Part shown: one piece after another, positions 59,813-64,000 of the stretch | Position numbering within the stretch: the stretch's first letter is position 1 | How the letters are laid out: every line of letters starts with the position of its first letter | Origin: Flavobacteriales bacterium UBA5040 | GTDB taxonomy: Bacteria > Bacteroidota > Bacteroidia > Flavobacteriales > Weeksellaceae | DNA: 64,000 nt | NCBI GenBank assembly: GCA_002415135.1 | Contig: DIBY01000016.1 | Location: forward strand, 11,319-75,318 | Direction of reading: 5' to 3' | The notes under the pieces: model-generated | The model's database searches: none | What the model saw: the letters and a program-made list of their open reading frames with translations, nothing else | Told to the model about the DNA's origin: nothing | Position numbers and translations under genes: made by a program

Positions 59813-60427
59813 TTAAAACAATCCGTGCAGCTCAGTTTCGATTCTTTCTAAAATTAAACCGAAATCTTCAGGTCTTTCGACAAAATCTAAATCATCAACT
59901 TCGATAATTAACAGCTTTCCTTCTTTGTATTCAGAAATCCAGTTCTCGTACTTATGATTCAGTTTGGAGAGATATTCTATGGAAATAGAAGCTTCATATT
60001 CACGTCCGCGTTTGTAAATTTTCTTTACTAAATTCGGAACGTCTGATTTTAAATAGATTAGCAAATCGGGTGCCGAAACAAAACTTTTCATCAAATTGAA
60101 AACCGACGTATAATTTGCAAAATCACGATCGGTCAGTAAATTCATATCATTTAGGTTTTCCGCGAAAATATGCGCGTCTTCATAAATCGTACGATCCTGG
60201 ATGATGTTTTTGCCACTGTCTCTAATTTCTTTGACCTGACGAAATCTGCTGCCTAAAAAATAGATTTGCAACGCAAAACTCCACTTGCTCATATCGGCAT
60301 AAAAGTCCTCCAAATAAGGATTATGATCAACGTCCTCAAATTGCGCTTCCCATCCGTAATGTTTTGATAACATAGTGGTCAGGGTAGTTTTACCCGCGCC
60401 GATATTTCCTGTAACAGCAATGTGCAT
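59813..60427 (-). CDS. Deoxynucleoside kinase
   Basis: GNIGAGKTT P-loop, QDRTIYED, RGREYE. Confidence 0.92.
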   Translation of the reverse strand: MHIAVTGNIGAGKTTLTTMLSKHYGWEAQFEDVDHNPYLEDFYADMSKWSFALQIYFLGSRFRQVKEIRDSGKNIIQDRTIYEDAHIFAENLNDMNLLTDRDFANYTSVFNLMKSFVSAPDLLIYLKSDVPNLVKKIYKRGREYEASISIEYLSKLNHKYENWISEYKEGKLLIIEVDDLDFVERPEDFGLILERIETELHGLF

Positions 60428-60490
60428 TTCCTAATATAATTGATGATTAATGAATGATAAATAATGAAGAAAAGTAAGAATTCAACATAT

Positions 60491-61258
60491 TTATTGATTG
60501 ATGCGGTAAAGATAAAGTTTGTTCCCTTTGATAACAAAATAAGAAGCAGAGTTTTTATCCACAATTTGTGAATGGTCCGCGCTAAAAATCGTTTCTAAAT
60601 CGTCCGATTGTAGCTTTTGGATCTTGTTATTAGCGACAATTAAAATCTGGTCATTTTCCCGACGAAGCTTTCTGCCAGCTTCTACATGAAATTCGCCCAG
60701 CTTTTCAGCTTTAAAATTGTAAATTAATAAATGGTCTTGGTATAATAAATAGACCTTTTTTTCAAAAATTAAAAGATCTATAATATGGTCAAAGCTTACA
60801 TTGAATGAATAAGAATTCATCACACGATCGTCGCGAAAATTATACTGAATTAGACTTTTCGTACTTTCATCCAGTAACCAGGCTTGTTGTAAATCTTCAA
60901 CATATGCTGATCTAATGAATCCAAACTTCTGTCGAAAATTAATCGTCTGAATCTCACTCAGATTTTTATCGAAAAACTTTAATTCCTGAGCATTTTCAGA
61001 AAACGACGGAATATTCAAAGGATTCTGAACCGATTGTATTCGGAAAGGTAAAGTCAACATTATCTTGGCTTTCTGTTTTCCTAAAGAATCGTATTTGGTA
61101 AAACTAAAATCTTTGTTTTGATACAGATAAATATTGCCGTAATCATCAGCTAAAAGATCTTTCGCAGTTCCTAATTTTAAAGTATCAAAAGCAAGCGTTT
61201 TCTGCGCAGAGAGTGAACAAAATAAAAAAAGGAATACAATTTTGCTAATGTTCAGCAT
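60491..61258 (-). CDS. Secreted hypothetical protein (beta-propeller-like)
   Basis: Signal peptide; beta-rich repeats; co-oriented with neighbours. Confidence 0.65.
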   Translation of the reverse strand: MLNISKIVFLFLFCSLSAQKTLAFDTLKLGTAKDLLADDYGNIYLYQNKDFSFTKYDSLGKQKAKIMLTLPFRIQSVQNPLNIPSFSENAQELKFFDKNLSEIQTINFRQKFGFIRSAYVEDLQQAWLLDESTKSLIQYNFRDDRVMNSYSFNVSFDHIIDLLIFEKKVYLLYQDHLLIYNFKAEKLGEFHVEAGRKLRRENDQILIVANNKIQKLQSDDLETIFSADHSQIVDKNSASYFVIKGNKLYLYRINQ

Positions 61259-61262
61259 TTAA

Positions 61263-62288
61263 TTATTTTATAGAAACTTCATAAATTTTAGACCACAACT
61301 TTCCGGTAACCAGCATATTATCACCTTTGAAAGCGATACCGTTTAGGACATCATTAGTAGGATCTTTAGTGTTCAGTTTATCAACATCGGTAAAATCAAA
61401 TTTCCCTACCACTTCACCATTTGCAGGATTGATTTTAATAATGATCGGTTTCTGCCAAACATTTGCATATATATACCCTTTGTGATATTCCAACTCATTG
61501 AGTTGATCATAAGCTTCGGTATTTCCTGCAACCGAAATATAGCGAACCATTTTTGAAGGATCAGAGGAATCAAGGAAATAAATATTTTTTGTTCCATCCG
61601 ACGCGATAAAGTTTTTGCCATCATGAGTTAAACCCCAACCTTCACCCATCACATTTGGATAAGGAAATTCACTTAATAATTTCAAAGAGCTTTTGTCGTA
61701 CACAAACCCTTTTTTATTTCTCCAGGTCAATTGATAAATCTTATCACCTAAAATCGCACACCCTTCCGAAAAAACTTCATCAGGTTGAGCAGTTTGAGCA
61801 ATCGGAGTAGTTGTTCCTAAAGTATATTTCCAAATTCTGGATTCTCCATTTTGACCATCTGATTCAAAAACTGTATTTCCTTCAAGCTGAAAACCTTGCG
61901 TAAAACTTTTGGGATCGTGCGGATATTCTTTTATGATTTCATAGGTCAAGATTGCTTCTGGATTTTTTGCAAAGACATTAATGGTCGCATCTTGGTTAAG
62001 GATTTCTCCTCCTTTCTTCTTAATATTAAAAGTAACCGGATTATCACCTAAAGTAAAGAACTGCGGATCTACAACCAGCTTTGAAGTTTCTTTGTCGCCA
62101 AAACTAATTGAAATACTTTCCGCATTATCGGTCACTTCTTTCGGTAATTCTAAAGCGTCCCCAAAATGGTAACCTTTGCTTTCCATAGAAAGATTATAGT
62201 CATTTAAAGTATTGAGAATTTCTTTGTCTTTGTTACAAGAAACAAGAAAAACAAGTGCAAAAACGATGGAAACAATTCTAAGATTCAT
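61263..62288 (-). CDS. Glutaminyl-peptide cyclotransferase (lipoprotein)
   Basis: YPHD..FTQG, FSEG, GEGWG, LNELE, VLNGIA, TGKLW; start placed at MNLRIV. Confidence 0.9.
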   Translation of the reverse strand: MNLRIVSIVFALVFLVSCNKDKEILNTLNDYNLSMESKGYHFGDALELPKEVTDNAESISISFGDKETSKLVVDPQFFTLGDNPVTFNIKKKGGEILNQDATINVFAKNPEAILTYEIIKEYPHDPKSFTQGFQLEGNTVFESDGQNGESRIWKYTLGTTTPIAQTAQPDEVFSEGCAILGDKIYQLTWRNKKGFVYDKSSLKLLSEFPYPNVMGEGWGLTHDGKNFIASDGTKNIYFLDSSDPSKMVRYISVAGNTEAYDQLNELEYHKGYIYANVWQKPIIIKINPANGEVVGKFDFTDVDKLNTKDPTNDVLNGIAFKGDNMLVTGKLWSKIYEVSIK

Positions 62289-62403
62289 TAAATAAATTTT
62301 TTCAAAAATACTGAATTTTACTAAGACATCAAGAGCCAAATTTTTAAAACAGAAATTCATCAAGTAAAATAATAATTATATTTGCTTCACTTATTTAATT
62401 AAA

Positions 62404-64000
62404 ATGAAAAAAACGCTCGCACTTCTTCTATTCTCCTCGGCATTTTTATCTGCTCAGAACTTCACCAAACAAGATACACTGAAAGGCTCCAACACAGAGT
62501 TTAGAAATTTTTGGGATGTTAAAAAGTATGAAATTACGGTGGAACCAAAGTTTGCAGATCAAACTGTTTCCGGTACTAATAAAATCACTTTTGAGATTTT
62601 AAAGAATGTTAAAAATCCCGTCTTTCAAATTGACTTGCAGCAACCAATGAATTATAAGATCATTGATTCTGATGAAAAATTATGTTCTTCAAGGAGAGAT
62701 GGTAATTTTATTTTTATTGAAACCAAGAAAGACTATAAAAAAGGAGAAACGCATTCGTTTACGATTCAGTTTTTCGGAAATCCAACGGTGGCGAAAAACG
62801 CACCTTGGGATGGCGGCTGGGTTTTTAAGCAAGATGAAAAAGGAAATCCATGGATGTCGGTTGCACAGGAAGGAATTGGTGCGTCGGTTTGGTTGCCTTC
62901 GAAGGATATCTGGAGTGATGAACCTGACAATGGAATGACGATGAAAATTATTACTCCCAAAGATCTGGTTGGCGTGGGTAATGGAAGACTGATTGCTCAA
63001 ACTACAGAAAAAGATAAAAACGTTTTTACCTGGGAAGTTAAAAATCCAATCAACCTATACTCTATCGTTCCTAATGTTGGAAAATATGTGAATTTTAAAG
63101 AAACTTACGCGGGAGAAAAAGGACCACTCGATCTGGATTACTGGGTTTTAGATCATAATTTAGGAAAAGCGAAAAAACAATTTCAACAGGTGAAGCCGAT
63201 GATGAAAGCTTTTGAATATTGGTTTGGTCCTTATCCATTCTACGAGGATTCTTATAAACTGATCGAAACTCCATATCTCGGAATGGAACATCAAAGTGGT
63301 GTTGGCTACGGAAATAATTATGAAAATGGTTATTTAGGTCGAGACTTATCGGGAAGCGGAGTTGGTTTAAACTGGGATTTCATTATCGTTCATGAAAGTG
63401 GGCACGAATGGTTTGCTAATAATATCACCGCAAAAGACAAAGCTGATATGTGGATTCATGAAGGTTTTACCAATTATTCGGAAACATTATTTGTAGAGAA
63501 TTATATGGATAAAGCTTCAGCGGAAAAGTATATCGTTGGAATTCGCCGTAACATAAAAAATGATGAACCTATTATTGCATCGTATGGAGTCGCTAAATCA
63601 GGAAGTGGCGATATGTATTACAAAGGTTCGAATATGATTCACACCATTCGGCAGGTCATTAATAATGAAGAGAAATTCAGACAAATTTTACGAGGCTTAA
63701 ACAAAGATTTTTATCATCAAACGGTAACAACAGAACAGGTAGAAAATTATATTTCGGATCAGTCAGGAATTGACTTTTCAACTGTATTTGATCAATATTT
63801 AAGAACAACTCAGATCCCAACTTTACAATATTCCCAAACGGGAAACACTCTTAAATTCAGATATGATGCAGGTGTAAAGAATTTAAAATTACCGATCAGA
63901 ATCAATGAAAATCAGGAAATTAATCCAACTCAAAAATGGCAAACTGTAAAATTGTCCAATTCAAATCCGGTTAAATTTGACGAGAATTATTACATCTATT
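62404..64000 (+). CDS. M1 family zinc aminopeptidase (runs off window end; absent from ORF track)
   Basis: Manual translation MKKTLALLLF...GMEHQS...HESGHEWF...WIHEGF. Confidence 0.92.
   Translation, partial: MKKTLALLLFSSAFLSAQNFTKQDTLKGSNTEFRNFWDVKKYEITVEPKFADQTVSGTNKITFEILKNVKNPVFQIDLQQPMNYKIIDSDEKLCSSRRDGNFIFIETKKDYKKGETHSFTIQFFGNPTVAKNAPWDGGWVFKQDEKGNPWMSVAQEGIGASVWLPSKDIWSDEPDNGMTMKIITPKDLVGVGNGRLIAQTTEKDKNVFTWEVKNPINLYSIVPNVGKYVNFKETYAGEKGPLDLDYWVLDHNLGKAKKQFQQVKPMMKAFEYWFGPYPFYEDSYKLIETPYLGMEHQSGVGYGNNYENGYLGRDLSGSGVGLNWDFIIVHESGHEWFANNITAKDKADMWIHEGFTNYSETLFVENYMDKASAEKYIVGIRRNIKNDEPIIASYGVAKSGSGDMYYKGSNMIHTIRQVINNEEKFRQILRGLNKDFYHQTVTTEQVENYISDQSGIDFSTVFDQYLRTTQIPTLQYSQTGNTLKFRYDAGVKNLKLPIRINENQEINPTQKWQTVKLSNSNPVKFDENYYIY

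Noticed and set aside
132..63000. Numerous short antisense or alternate-frame ORFs in the track (e.g. 132..419, 2211..2555, 8084..8808, 43193..43540, 57586..57942, 62663..63000)
   Set aside because: They overlap well-supported genes and show no recognisable motifs; shadow ORFs
1..64000. Integron integrase or other tyrosine/serine recombinase; tRNA or rRNA genes
   Set aside because: No ORF with recognisable recombinase motifs other than the IS110 enzyme, and no tRNA/rRNA-like sequence noticed by eye

Overview
AT-rich chromosomal window from a Bacteroidota bacterium, most likely Weeksellaceae (Kaistella/Chryseobacterium-like). This is inferred from gene content, TAnnTTTG promoters, a SusC/SusD pair and a T9SS cargo protein. 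In order it holds: trpE-trpG-trpD(partial) with a Trp-Trp-Trp leader-peptide attenuator; a CzcA/TolC/MFP heavy-metal RND operon with an inserted cytochrome b gene; lysS, osmC, gyrB; a photolyase/MarR/TetR/ABC1-kinase block divergent from crtI-crtB-crtZ, with no lycopene cyclase; a Crp-like regulator, ggt, threonine dehydrogenase, a T9SS adhesin and a ClC channel; rpsF-rpsR-rplI; a probable beta-1,2-glucan PUL; and housekeeping genes ending in a partial M1 peptidase. The most striking element is about 36.5-41.2 kb. It is a co-oriented array of single hypothetical genes, each opening with GTT(R) and closing with the complementary (Y)AAC, separated by ~120-140 bp imperfect palindromes. A consensus promoter sits directly before the first GTT and no integrase is present in the window. 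This looks like an integron-like cassette array with non-canonical attC-type sites. An intact IS110 recombinase is inserted right behind one GTT core site, and its non-coding end carries sequence complementary to that target. Several dispersed structured repeats are also present (Flavo-1-like, REP-like palindromes, heptamer runs). All calls are by eye; no database searches were run.
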